DNA of 64,000 nucleotides from NCBI RefSeq assembly GCF_003334255.1, contig NZ_QOWU01000016.1, one strand, 5' to 3'. The notes beneath the pieces are model-generated. The model worked only from the letters and a program-made list of their open reading frames with translations. It did not search any database and was not told the DNA's origin. Within the stretch, counting starts at the first letter, position 1; each line of letters begins with the position of its first letter. Origin of the DNA: Escherichia coli. Lineage in GTDB: Bacteria; Pseudomonadota; Gammaproteobacteria; Enterobacterales; Enterobacteriaceae. The position numbers and the translations under genes are program-made. Positions 33,303 through 44,975 of the stretch are shown here, piece after piece.

Positions 33303-34574
33303 ATGCAGCACAACACACTATCGAAACACAATCAGAAATTGCCGTTTACACGCTACGACTTCGGCTGGGTTTTATTATGCATAGGCATGGCGATTGGTGC
33401 CGGAACCGTGCTGATGCCAGTACAAATTGGCTTGAAGGGAATTTGGGTATTTATTACCGCAGCGATCATTGCTTATCCTGCCACCTGGGTAGTGCAGGAC
33501 ATTTATTTAAAAACCCTTTCTGAAAGCGATTCCTGTAATGACTACACCGATATTATCAGTCATTACCTGGGGAAGAACTGGGGAATTTTCCTCGGGGTTA
33601 TCTACTTTTTGATGATTATCCACGGGATTTTTATCTACTCTCTCTCCGTGGTTTTCGACAGCGCCTCGTACCTGAAAACCTTCGGTTTAACCGATGCCGA
33701 TCTTTCACAATCTCTACTTTATAAAGTCGCTATTTTCGCCGTACTGGTGGCGATTGCGTCTGGTGGTGAACGATTACTGTTTAAGATTTCCGGGCCAATG
33801 GTGGTGGTCAAAGTAGGGATTATTGTCGTGTTCGGTTTTGCGATGATCCCGCACTGGAATTTCGCCAATATAACCGCCTTCCCGCAAGCCTCCGTCTTTT
33901 TCCGCGATGTCTTGCTTACCATTCCATTTTGCTTCTTTTCTGCAGTATTTATTCAGGTACTTAACCCAATGAATATTGCCTATCGTAAACGGGAAGCGGA
34001 TAAAGTACTGGCAACCCGGCTCGCGCTGCGTACCCACCGAATTAGTTATATCACGCTCATCGCGGTGATCCTGTTTTTTGCCTTTTCGTTTACCTTCTCA
34101 ATTAGCCACGAAGAAGCCGTTTCTGCCTTTGAACAAAATATCTCAGCACTGGCGCTGGCCGCGCAGGTGATCCCTGGGCATATCATTCATATCACCTCTA
34201 CGGTGCTTAATATCTTTGCCGTACTGACCGCATTCTTTGGCATTTATCTCGGTTTCCACGAGGCCATTAAAGGCATTATTCTCAATCTGTTAAGCCGAAT
34301 TATTGATACCAAGAAAATTAACTCACGCGTGCTGACTCTGGCGATCTGCGCTTTTATCGTCATTACGTTGACGATTTGGGTTTCGTTTCGTGTATCGGTG
34401 CTGGTGTTCTTTCAGTTGGGAAGCCCGTTATATGGTATTGTGTCGTGCCTCATTCCGTTTTTCCTGATCTATAAAGTCGCACAACTGGAAAAACTTCGCG
34501 GATTTAAAGCCTGGCTGATTCTGCTGTACGGCATTTTGCTATGCTTGTCGCCACTGTTGAAGCTGATTGAGTAA
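33303..34574 (+). CDS. yhjV: HAAAP-family (hydroxy/aromatic amino acid permease) transporter, 423 aa
   Basis: Start at [22 protein letters not shown] (ATG 33303); polytopic membrane protein. Confidence 0.88.
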
Positions 34575-34603
34575 ACCGGAGCGCATGGCCCCGGTTTTGT
34601 GAG

Positions 34604-35608
34604 TTAACGCTGCGGATTTTCATCCTGATCAACAGCAAAACAAGCTACCAGTTGACCGCCGTAGTCTTTTAGCTGCGGCTGCAACTGGGTGCAGGGGCCG
34701 AAGCGCCGACGACAGCGGGCGTTGAAGGCGCAACCCGGCGGTGGATTCAGTGGGCTTGGTAGTTCACCGCTGAGCTTGATGCGCTCGCGGCGATCGTCCG
34801 GGTTCAGGCGCGGCGTCGCGGAAAGTAGCGCCTGAGTGTACGGATGGCGCGGGTTATTGAAGATTTGGTCTTTCGTTCCCTTCTCCACGCAGCGGCCCAG
34901 GTACATCACCATCACTTCATCAGCAATGTGCTCCACCACCGACAGGTCGTGGGAGATAAAGACATAAGACAGCCCCAACTCCTGCTGCAAATCCATCATC
35001 AGATTCAGCACCTGCGCGCGCACTGAAACATCCAGCGCGGAAACCGGTTCATCGGCAATCACCACATCCGGGTCGAGCATCAGACCACGGGCGATGGCGA
35101 TACGCTGACGCTGACCGCCGGAGAACATATGCGGATAGCGGTCATAGTGCTCGGTTTTCAGGCCGACTTTCGCCATCATCGACAGGGCTTTTTCCCGACG
35201 CTGTTCTTTGCTTAAGCTGGTGTTGATCAGCAGCGGCTCTTCAAGAATTTGCCCGACTTTTTTACGCGGATTCAGCGAACCGTAAGGGTTCTGGAAGACG
35301 ATCTGGATTTTCTGCCGACGCAGCTTCTGCGCCTGCGGATCGTGCTTAAGCAGATCCTGCCCCTGGTAATACAGCTCGCCACCGGTGGGCATTTCAATCA
35401 TCGTCAGCAACCGACCGAGGGTCGATTTACCGCAGCCAGATTCGCCCACTACTGCCAGCGTTTTGCCACGTTCAAGGTTAAACGAAACGCCATCCAGCGC
35501 TTTAACCAGACGTTCCGGCGCGAACATGCCTTTCTTCACCGGATAATGTTTTTTCAGGTCGATAGCCTGCAACAGCGGTTGTTGCAGGGTGGCCTCTTGC
35601 GTACTCAT
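34604..35608 (-). CDS. dppF: dipeptide ABC transporter ATP-binding protein DppF (334 aa)
   Basis: Walker [13 protein letters not shown] signature FSGGQRQR, C-terminal oligopeptide-type extension. Confidence 0.93.
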
Positions 35609-36588
35609 AGTGTCGGCCTCCCGGCATCATCAAGTGGGTAATGGCATTTGGACTGACGCCCGTCAGCGAGCATATTCAGCGCCGGTTCTTCAGCGCGACA
35701 TCTGTCAGTGGCATAGGGGCAGCGCGGGTTAAGCAGGCAGCCGTTCGGGCGGTCGTACTTGCCGGGAACGACACCTGGCAACGACGCCAGACGTTCTTTG
35801 TCCTGAGCAAATTCTGGCAGCGCACGCAGCAATGCCTGAGTATACGGGTGACGCGGCGCATGGAAGATGGCGTGCGCATCACCGGTTTCCACCACCTGGC
35901 CTGCATACATCACGATGATTTTATGTGCCGCTTCCGCCACCAGCGCCAGGTCATGGGTAATTAACACCAGCGCCATGTTCTCTTTCTGCTGTAGCTCCAG
36001 CAGTAGTTCGATGATTTGCGCCTGAATGGTCACGTCCAGCGCGGTGGTCGGTTCATCGGCAATCAGCAGTTTTGGCCGACAGGCAATCGCCATGGCGATC
36101 ATCACGCGCTGGCTCATGCCGCCGGAAAGCTGATGCGGGTAAACATCCAGACGCGATGCCGGATCGGGAATACCGACCTGATTCAGCAGGTCAATCGCTC
36201 GCTGACGGCGGGTACTTTTGTTGCCGCCCTGATGCACCTTAATCGCTTCCATAATCTGGAAACCCACGGTGTAGCACGGGTTAAGGCTGGTCATCGGGTC
36301 CTGGAAGATCATCGCCACTTCGGCACCCACCAGGTTGCGGCGCTCTTTTTCTGAGATACGCTGCAAATCCTGGCCGTTAAACTCCAGTTTTTCTGCCATT
36401 ACGCGGCCCGGATAATCAATCAGCCCCATAATCGCCAGTGAACTGACCGACTTACCGGAGCCGGACTCACCCACAATCCCGACCACTTCGCCCTGTTTTA
36501 CGCTGTAGCTGATGCGGTCTACGGCGCGGAACGGCGCGCTTTCGTCGCCGAAATGCACCGATAATTTATCTACATTTAATAACGCCAT
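35605..36588 (-). CDS. dppD: dipeptide ABC transporter ATP-binding protein DppD (327 aa)
   Basis: Walker A GESGSGKS, signature LSGGMSQR; 4-nt overlap with dppF. Confidence 0.93.
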
Positions 36589-36598
36589 CTCGAACCTC

Positions 36599-37501
36599 TT
36601 ACTGCTTCAGTTTGGGATCGAGCGCGTCACGCAGACCGTCACCCATCAGGTTAAATGCCAGCACCGTCAGCAGGATCGCCAGACCCGGGAAGGTCACGAC
36701 CCACCAGGCGCTTTGCGCGAACTGCAACACGTCGGAGAGCATGGTGCCCCACTCAGGCGTTGGCGGCTGTGCCCCCATGCCGAGGAAACCAAGAGCAGCC
36801 ATATCGAGAATGGCGTTAGAGAAACCGAGCGACGCCTGAACAATCAGCGGCGCAAGGCAGTTCGGGAAGATGTTAATAAACATCTGACGCATCGCCCCGG
36901 CACCCGCCACGCGAGACGCGGTGACGTAATCGCGGTTAACTTCCACCAGCACGGCGGCGCGGGTTAAGCGCACATAGTGCGGCAAGGCAACGAAGGTCAG
37001 TGCCAGCGCGGCGTTACCAATCGACGGGCCGAAAATTGCCACCAGCACCAGCGCCAGCAGCAGACTTGGCAGCGCCAGCATGATATCGACCACGCGCATA
37101 ATGATGTTATCGACCAGGCCGCCAAAGTAACCGGCGATCAGGCCGAGAATAACGCCCATAATCAGCGATAACACAACTACCAGACAGCCAACCAGCAGCG
37201 ACAGGCGCGCACCGTACATCAGGCGCGACAGCACATCACGGCCTACGTCATCGGTGCCCAGCAAGTGCGCCATGCTGCCGCCTTCCTGCCAGGCTGGCGG
37301 GGCGAGCAGTGCATCGCGGAACTGTTCCGCCGGGTTATAGGGTGCAATCCAGTTGGCAAAGATCGCGATGAACAGCACGATGACGACGTAAACCAGCCCG
37401 ACGACCGCGCCTTTGTTGCGTTTAAAATAGTGCCAGAACTCCTGTAACGGGGTCATCGGCACCGGTGCGCTAATCACTTTATTTTCAGTAACCTGTGACA
37501 T
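36599..37501 (-). CDS. dppC: dipeptide ABC transporter permease DppC (300 aa)
   Basis: Polytopic membrane ORF recognised as DppC. Confidence 0.92.
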
Positions 37502-37510
37502 GATGTCCCC

Positions 37511-38530
37511 TTACTTCTTATGACGAATACGCGGGTTCACCACGCCGTACAGCAGATCGACCAGCAAGTTGACGAGGATAATCATCGTCGCCACCAGCAA
37601 TACGCCGCCCTGCACTACCGGATAGTCGCGGCGTTGCAGTGCGTCAATCAACCAGCGTCCCAGACCGGGCCACGAGAAGATGGTTTCGGTCAGAATCGCC
37701 CCCGCCAGCAATGTTCCCACCTGCAGGCCGATAACGGTCACCACCGGCAGCATCGCGTTACGCAGCGCATGGACGATAATCACCCGCATGCGGGTTAGCC
37801 CTTTGGCGCGCGCGGTGCGGATGTAATCCTCGCCCAGCACTTCCAGCATCGAGGAGCGTGTCATACGCACAATGACCGCCAGCGGAATAGTACCCAGCAC
37901 AATGGCAGGCAAGATCATATGGGCGACGGCATCGATAAAGTTGCCGTCTTCACCCCAGATGGCGGTGTCGATTAGCATAAAACCGGTTAACGGATTGGAG
38001 TCATCGAGGAACACCATATCGCTCACGCGACCGGAGACGGGCGTCAGGTTCCAGTGCACCGAAACCAGCATGATCAGCATCATGCCCCACCAGAAGATAG
38101 GCATTGAATAACCTGTCAGCGCCAGGCCAACCGCTGTGTGATCGAAAATGGAACCGCGTTTAACCGCAGCCAGCACGCCGACCGGAATACCGACTGCCGT
38201 AGCAAAAATCATCGCGCAGACGCCAAGTTCCAGCGTGGCCTGGAAGCGCGGCACGAACTCTTCCCAAACCGGGATGCGGCTTTTCATTGAAATGCCTAGA
38301 TCGCCATGCATAACGCCCCAAATGTAATGGAGATACTGCTGCCACATCGGTTTATCTAAGCCGAGTTCAGCCAGCAGCTGCGCGTGACGCTCTGGGGAGA
38401 TCCCACGTTCGCCCGCCATGATCATCACCGGATCGCCCGGGATCATGTGGACAAAGGCAAATGTGAGAAGGGTAATACCGATAAACGTGGGGATGACGAG
38501 TCCCAAACGTCGGAGAATAAACTGCAACAT
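37511..38530 (-). CDS. dppB: dipeptide ABC transporter permease DppB (339 aa)
   Basis: Polytopic membrane ORF recognised as DppB. Confidence 0.92.
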   Translation of the reverse strand: MLQFILRRLGLVIPTFIGITLLTFAFVHMIPGDPVMIMAGERGISPERHAQLLAELGLDKPMWQQYLHYIWGVMHGDLGISMKSRIPVWEEFVPRFQATLELGVCAMIFATAVGIPVGVLAAVKRGSIFDHTAVGLALTGYSMPIFWWGMMLIMLVSVHWNLTPVSGRVSDMVFLDDSNPLTGFMLIDTAIWGEDGNFIDAVAHMILPAIVLGTIPLAVIVRMTRSSMLEVLGEDYIRTARAKGLTRMRVIIVHALRNAMLPVVTVIGLQVGTLLAGAILTETIFSWPGLGRWLIDALQRRDYPVVQGGVLLVATMIILVNLLVDLLYGVVNPRIRHKK

Positions 38531-38628
38531 AACCCGGATTCTCTATAGTGACCCGCAGCCTGGAACTGCGTGTCTGTATTGCTCACAAATCAATTCCCGC
38601 CCTTATCGGACAGGGAATGAAGTATTGC

Positions 38629-38800
38629 TGCCGGATGGCGCTGCACGCAGAGGCACAGCGCCACCGGGTATACAGATTGTTGACAAAGTGCGCTTTGTTT
38701 ATGCCGGATGCGGCGTTAACGCCTTATCCGGCCTACAAAATCGTGCAAATTCAATACATTGCAGAATTTTCGTAGGCCTGATAAGCGGAGCGCATCAGGC
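38629..38800. repeat. REP/BIME palindromic repeat cluster (dppB-dppA intergenic)
   Basis: Three REP-like units, e.g. atgccggatgcggcgttaacgccttatccggcctac and gtaggcctgataagcggagcgcatcaggc. Confidence 0.8.
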
Positions 38801-38837
38801 ATTTTTGCCTTTGCCATCAGTCTTGTATGGCTTTTAA

Positions 38838-40445
38838 TTATTCGATAGAGACGTTTTCGAAGTGATGTTTGCCTAATGGATCAACCACATAGCCTTTAAC
38901 TTCTTTACGTACCGGTTCAAACACGGTGGAGTGAGCGATGATCAGTGCCGGAGCCTGATCGTGCATCACCACCTGCGCTTGTTTGTACAGTTCAACGCGT
39001 TTATTGTGGTCGTCGGTAGCACGCGCCGGTTGAATCAGATCTTCAAACGGTTTGTAGCACCATTTTGAGTAGTTGGAGCCTTGTTCAGAGGCGGCGCAGC
39101 TGAACAGGGTGGCGAAGAAGTTATCCGGATCCCCGTTATCGCCAGTCCAGCCCATCATTACCGTCTGGTGCTCGCCATCTTTCGCACGCTTGAGGTACTC
39201 ACCCCATTCGTAGGTGACAATTTTGGCCTGCACGCCGACTTTCGCCCAGTCTGCCTGAATCATCTCCGCCATGCGGCGAGCGTTCGGGTTATACGGACGT
39301 TGTACCGGCATCGCCCACAGGTCGATGGAGAAACCTTTTTCCAGACCCGCTTCTTTCAGCAAGGCTTTCGCTTTTTCAGGATCGTAGGTGTAGTCCTGAA
39401 CGTCGTCGTTATAGCCCCACATGGTTGGCGGGATCAGGTTTTTCGCTGATACGCCCGCGCCCTGATAAACCGCTTTGATGATCGCGTCTTTGTTCACCGC
39501 GTAGGTCAGAGCCTGGCGAACTTTCACGTCATCGAGTGGTTTTTTCTGCACGTTATACGAGAGATAACCGACGTTCAGCCCCGGCATTTCCATCAGATTG
39601 ATGGATTTATCCTGCTTCATGCGAGCGATATCTGCCGGGTTCGGGTACGGCATCACCTGGCATTCATTCTTCTGCAATTTCGCGTAACGCACGGAAGCGT
39701 CAGGGGTAATAGAGAAAACCAGCGTATCGATCTGCGGTTTGGTGCCCCAGTAGCCATCAAACGCTTTGTAGCGGATACGGGAATCTTTTTGATACTGCTG
39801 TAACTGGAACGGACCGGTTCCGATTGGGTTGAGGTCCAGTTTTTCCGGTGTACCGGCTTTCATCATCGCATCAGCATATTCTTTTGACAGAATAGAGGCG
39901 AAGTCCATTGCCAGGTCAGCGAGGAACGGCGCTTCCGGGCGAGTCAGCACAAACTGAACGGTGTTGTCGTCCACCTTTTTCACTTCACTGATCAGCTCTG
40001 GCAAGCCCATGCCTTCGAAGTATTCGTAGCTGCCGCCAGAAACTTTATGGTACGGGTTTTGCGCGTTTTTCTGACGATCGAACGAGAACACCACATCATC
40101 GGCGTTCAGTTCACGCGTCGGTTTGAATTCTTTATTGTCGTGCCACTTCACACCTTTACGCAGATGGAAGGTATAGGTTTTACCGTCTTCGCTGACTTCC
40201 CACTTTTCAGCGAGGCCCGGGATCACTTCGGTGGTGCCGATTTTAAATTCAACCAGACGGTTATAAAGCGGGACGGAAGAGGCGTCATAGGTGGTGCCGG
40301 AGGTAAACAGCTGCGGGTTAAACCCTTCCGGAGATCCTTCTGAGCAATAAACCAGAGTTTTAGCCTGAACACTTGCTGCGACGGTCATAGCCACCAGGCT
40401 GAGACCAAGCTTCAGCATCCCTGACTTTTTCAAGGAAATACGCAT
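38838..40445 (-). CDS. dppA: dipeptide ABC transporter periplasmic substrate-binding protein DppA (535 aa)
   Basis: 535-aa ORF with signal peptide; SBP family 5; recognised as DppA. Confidence 0.93.
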   Translation of the reverse strand: MRISLKKSGMLKLGLSLVAMTVAASVQAKTLVYCSEGSPEGFNPQLFTSGTTYDASSVPLYNRLVEFKIGTTEVIPGLAEKWEVSEDGKTYTFHLRKGVKWHDNKEFKPTRELNADDVVFSFDRQKNAQNPYHKVSGGSYEYFEGMGLPELISEVKKVDDNTVQFVLTRPEAPFLADLAMDFASILSKEYADAMMKAGTPEKLDLNPIGTGPFQLQQYQKDSRIRYKAFDGYWGTKPQIDTLVFSITPDASVRYAKLQKNECQVMPYPNPADIARMKQDKSINLMEMPGLNVGYLSYNVQKKPLDDVKVRQALTYAVNKDAIIKAVYQGAGVSAKNLIPPTMWGYNDDVQDYTYDPEKAKALLKEAGLEKGFSIDLWAMPVQRPYNPNARRMAEMIQADWAKVGVQAKIVTYEWGEYLKRAKDGEHQTVMMGWTGDNGDPDNFFATLFSCAASEQGSNYSKWCYKPFEDLIQPARATDDHNKRVELYKQAQVVMHDQAPALIIAHSTVFEPVRKEVKGYVVDPLGKHHFENVSIE

Positions 40446-41011
40446 TATTCTGCTCCAATTGTGATGTTTGTTGTTTTAACCCTTTGCAGTGGGTTGTCGC
40501 TGCCTGACCTTTTTTGTTTTTTGCCCGGTCGGGTCAACGTTATGAGGTGGGGATGCCGTACTAATTAACATCAGTGTAACAGTGCGGATCCTCCATAAAA
40601 TGCCCCTCGTGACCTACAATCTGTCAACAGAATGTGAAAACGTCAATACAGCCAACCGGGATTTACACCAACGGTGAGAATCCACAGACAAAGATTAAAA
40701 AAACTTCAAACAGCTATTTGCAGCAGAGAAATTTGTGCTACTCCAACATGACCAGAACAATCAGCTTAATATTTAGCAACATTTGGTGATTAAGTTTTAT
40801 GCATTTAATGAAAAAAATCTGAGGAAAAGGTGGATATCTGAGCGATTAATACCATGAACGCTAAAACGCACAGCGGAAAATGCCAGGGCCAGCCATAAGT
40901 AACGCAAAAAAAGATTTAAGCAAATATAAAAAAAGACAATGGTTTCTGTCACAAATCCGTTAATGGATAGTGAGATATGGGGCGCAAATTTGGCAGGGAA
41001 ATGTGTGTCGT

Positions 41012-41097
41012 GTAGGTCGAATAAGGCGGTCGCGCCGCATCCGACAATGGCCGGCACATTTGCCTGATGCGACGCTGACGCGTCTTATCAGGCCTAC
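41012..41097. repeat. REP/BIME palindromic repeat pair
   Basis: gtaggtcgaataaggcggtcgcgccgcatccgac and tgcctgatgcgacgctgacgcgtcttatcaggcctac. Confidence 0.75.
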
Positions 41098-41152
41098 GTC
41101 GAGTCGAACCTCCCTGCCCCCGGAGGTTCTCATCCTCATGAGCTGCAGATGC

Positions 41153-41182
41153 AAAAAAGCCTGCTCGTTGAGCAGGCTTTTC
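41153..41182 (-). terminator. duplicate copy of the proK intrinsic terminator
   Basis: Hairpin agcctgctc-gttg-agcaggct flanked by an A6 run (T6 on the minus strand). Confidence 0.55.
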
Positions 41183-41320
41183 GAATTTGGTCGGTGATAG
41201 AGGATTACTCGCCACTTCGTGGCTCGCCCTGCGGGCCGTTGCTGGCGCAACGTTCTCTCGCTTCGCTCGAGTCGAACCTCCCTGCCCCCGGAGGTTCTCA
41301 TCCTCATGAGCTGCAGATGC

Positions 41321-41350
41321 AAAAAAGCCTGCTCGTTGAGCAGGCTTTTC
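41321..41350 (-). terminator. proK rho-independent terminator
   Basis: Same hairpin immediately 3' of the tRNA on the minus strand, followed by a T-run. Confidence 0.7.
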
Positions 41351-41355
41351 GAATT

Positions 41356-41432
<77 letters not shown>

Positions 41433-41523
41433 AATGCGGGGCGCATCTTACTGCGCAGATACGCCCTCGTCAATCCCTTAATAGCAAAATGCCTTTTGAT
41501 CGGCGAGAAAGTCAGCAGGCCGC

Positions 41524-43215
41524 TTAGTTAGCCGCTGCCTCTTTTGCCTGCGGGATGTGACACCAGTTGTTGTTTTCGTTAATTCCACCATCCGGTGAAG
41601 TATAGCCAAGACAACCCATGATGGTATCGTACAGCTCTACGTGACGGCGTGGCACTTTCATGTCGGCTTCTTTTTTCAGCTGCGCAAACGCCTGCGCATT
41701 GGCCGGATTTTCCAGATATTTATCTGACATCCAGACCATCATCGGTACGCGGAACTGCTCCGGCGGTGCCAGTTCACGCGGCGTGCCGTGCAGGTGCTCG
41801 CGTTCATTAATTGACTCACCGTGGTCAGCTGCGTAGAACACAATCGCTTTCTTATCGCGAACCTGATCAATCACGCTGGAGATAAAGTGATCCACATAGG
41901 TCACCGAGTTGTCATAGGAGTTGATCATCTGCGCTTTGGTACAGCCGCTATCAACACCAATACATTCCGGCTTCCACTGCGCGAAGCTACGCGGATAACG
42001 CTGGGTGTAGTTAAAATGCGAACCTTTGGTATGCAGAATGATCAGATGCTTACCATCCGGGTTGCGCCCTAGCGATTGCTGCATTTCGTCTACCAGCAAC
42101 ATATCATCTACCGGCTTGCCACGATTACGTGGCTCCGCACCAATCTGCTCACGATAAGCAATGTTGTCCGCCATCGTGTTGCTGTAGAACCACATTTCGC
42201 TCTGCATAGCGTAGAGGTCAGAACTGAATCCTAACTGCTTCAGAACCGCGAAAATGTTCTGTTCTTTTAATGTGCGCTGCGGATTATCTTCCGCGCCCCC
42301 CTGACGTACAAACATGCAACGCAGTGAGAGTTTGGTTGCGGTATCACAGGAGTAACCACGGAACGCCGCCAGATTTTTCTCCTGGGCCAGTTTCGGCGTG
42401 GTATTACGCTCATAGCCGAAAATACCCATATGGTCCCAACGCGTGGTTTCACCGATGATAAACACGACATAAGTGTCATCAACGTTTTGCGGTGCCTGAT
42501 AAGTGAATTTCTTCGCCGGATTAAGCAATGAATTATTATCGGAAGATTCATCGACCCGCGCCCAGGCATACAGCCCCAACGCAGAAAGCCAGTTTGATGG
42601 CAGATAAGAGTTCGCTACGACACCGCCATAACTCGGCAAATCAACGCCGGTCGCCCTCTCCACTTTCTTCTGCTGGATATCCAGCAAACGAATCGGTGCC
42701 CAAACCATAATACCCGCCAGTACGACGACCGCCAGGCTGCGAATACGCTGCCCTGGGGTTCGCAGTTGTCGGAGCAAGGTGTAGCGACAGCGGTTATTCC
42801 AGATAAGGATAAGAGGCAATGCACTAACGGCGATTAACCAGAGAATAAAGTTCAGACCAACAACTTCTTTTGACAGGTCGATATCGGTGGTCATGACGGA
42901 AGCGATGATGCCATAACCAATGACCACATTAAGGAAGGTCATGTAATAGCTGGCACCTGCGGAAAAGAGCACCACCAGCGATGCCAGAATACGCCAGCTG
43001 CGGCGGCCAAACAGCGAAAGAAGACGTAGTAAAAAGAAGGTCACCAGTACGGTGGCGGCCAGTTCAACAACAGCAGAAATGCCTTTCCAGACGGTAAAAT
43101 CGTGCGCATAGCTGCCGAAGCGGCGGTAAAAAACCGCGCCATTCATAAAAAGGCCAATATAGATTGCAAGCAAAAAGCTCAGCTTCTGCTGTGTAATCGA
43201 TTTGATGTATCTCAT
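41524..43215 (-). CDS. eptB: Kdo2-lipid A phosphoethanolamine transferase (563 aa)
   Basis: Start at [10 protein letters not shown] (ATG 43215); N-terminal TM region plus sulfatase-like periplasmic domain; recognised as EptB/YhjW. Confidence 0.9.
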
Positions 43216-43430
43216 GCAAACAAACCCTGGACAAACAGGTGATAACACCCTGCTTAGTGGCTTTTCAGGCCCGGCAGGGAAAAAGTGCGGAGGTAGTCAG
43301 ATAAGTAAAATCTACACGCGCGAATAAGTAGACCACAGCAAAGGGAAAAAGTGTGGGGAAAGAGTGTGCATGAAGCACAAATTTACAAAAATGCAAGTTT
43401 GAAAAGAGACTTTAGCGTTACAAAAAGCAG

Positions 43431-43460
43431 TAAAAAGGGCCAGTTAATTGGCCCAAATTT
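43431..43460 (-). terminator. rho-independent terminator downstream of yhjX
   Basis: Hairpin gggccagttaattggccc followed on the minus strand by a T-run. Confidence 0.55.
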
Positions 43461-43538
43461 TACGAGTCATTGTTTATACATTTCGTTGATGCGTTTGATG
43501 CACACGGAAGCTGAAGCCCAGTAGCTCGCGGCTGAGCA

Positions 43539-44747
43539 TTAAAGGGAGCCATGCGCCTCACGCAACATTTTCTGCTCTGGCTGACGAATCGTCGTAGAAA
43601 GCGCCAATGACAGAATCAGCAGGGCGAAAATCACGTAGAAGGTCACATAGAAGCCGCCAAACAGTGAGGCGATAATCGAACCACAAATGCTACCGATACC
43701 GAAACCGAGATAAATCACACCGTAGTTTTTCGCCAGGTTATTGAGGCCAAAGAACTCACTGACCAGTGACGGAAAGACGGTAATAGTGCCGCCAAAGTTA
43801 AATGCCACGCAGGCAATCGCTGCAAAGAACGTCACTGCATTCAATGGTGCAAACAGCAGGGCCGCCATACCCACCAGCGATATCACCTGACCAATGGTAA
43901 TAACACGGATACGGGCGATTTTGTCAGACAGAATACCCAGCACCAGACGACCTGAAAGGTTGGCGATGGAAATAACAGTGACTGCATTGGCTGCGGAAAC
44001 CACATCAAGGTGTGCCAGACTTTGGGCGATATCTTTCGCTACCCCAATCACGTACAGGCCGCTCATGCAGGCGGTCAGGAACATTACCGCTAACATCCAG
44101 TACTGCGGTTTACGCATCGACTCTGCCAGCGTGTAATCTTTCTCCACCACACCATTGCTGGTTTTCACTTCCTGTTTTGGTGCGTCTTTCATTAACGTTG
44201 CGCCGAAAACAATCATCAACAGCGCAATCGCTCCCCAAATCACAAAGGTTTTTTCCAGACCGACCGTTTCCAGCAGCTGCGTGTCGATAAATTTGAAACC
44301 CAGGCTACCCAGACCATAAGAACCGATAGCGAACGCGGAGATCAGACCTTTACGCTCCGGGAACCACTTCACACAGTTAGAGAGCGTCAGCAGATAACCC
44401 GCGCCATCTGCCAGTCCCACCAGCACACCGGCGCTTAACCACAGCATCATCAGGTTGTCAGAATGCGCTGTCAGGAAGAAGCCTAATCCCAGCAAAATGC
44501 CGGAAGCCATGGTGACGCGTTTAACGCCAAAACGTTCCTGTAATTTGCCCGCAACAGAAGACGAAATTGCCAGCCCCAGACTTAACAAGCCGAAAGAGAA
44601 AGCGACCTGGCTTACCGGCGCATCCAGCTTGGCGGAAAGCGCGCCATTAAACAGGCTCCAGGTATAAACCGACCCCAGCGCAAACTGGGTAATGATAGTA
44701 CCGATGAGTGTCAGCCAGCGGGTACGCTGATAATTTGAAGGTGTCAT
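43539..44747 (-). CDS. yhjX: MFS transporter, oxalate/formate antiporter-like (402 aa), pyruvate-responsive YpdA/YpdB target
   Basis: Start at MTPSNYQRTRW (ATG 44747); 12-TM MFS ORF recognised as YhjX. Confidence 0.9.
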   Translation of the reverse strand: MTPSNYQRTRWLTLIGTIITQFALGSVYTWSLFNGALSAKLDAPVSQVAFSFGLLSLGLAISSSVAGKLQERFGVKRVTMASGILLGLGFFLTAHSDNLMMLWLSAGVLVGLADGAGYLLTLSNCVKWFPERKGLISAFAIGSYGLGSLGFKFIDTQLLETVGLEKTFVIWGAIALLMIVFGATLMKDAPKQEVKTSNGVVEKDYTLAESMRKPQYWMLAVMFLTACMSGLYVIGVAKDIAQSLAHLDVVSAANAVTVISIANLSGRLVLGILSDKIARIRVITIGQVISLVGMAALLFAPLNAVTFFAAIACVAFNFGGTITVFPSLVSEFFGLNNLAKNYGVIYLGFGIGSICGSIIASLFGGFYVTFYVIFALLILSLALSTTIRQPEQKMLREAHGSL

Positions 44748-44827
44748 GGCAGTATTCCTGCAGTAATAAAAAGGAAAAATCTCTGCCGACAACCATAACG
44801 AAGTGCACTTTATGCCTGGGGAAAAAC

Positions 44828-44861
44828 GGCATGAAATGCCATCAGAACGGAATGAAATGCC
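44828..44861 (-). promoter_or_regulatory. YpdB (LytTR response regulator) binding site: direct repeat upstream of yhjX
   Basis: atgaaatgcc occurs at 44831-44840 and 44852-44861 (11-bp spacer), i.e. GGCATTTCAT direct repeats on the yhjX strand, about 85 bp upstream of the start. Confidence 0.65.
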
Positions 44862-44975
44862 TTAGTTCAGGAATGAATGACGCGACAATTATTCACCAAA
44901 TTTATTATTTGGTAAGTTAGCACCCACTATTGCCACAACTATTGTTATTTAATGGTTTCAATTGTGACTGTTACG

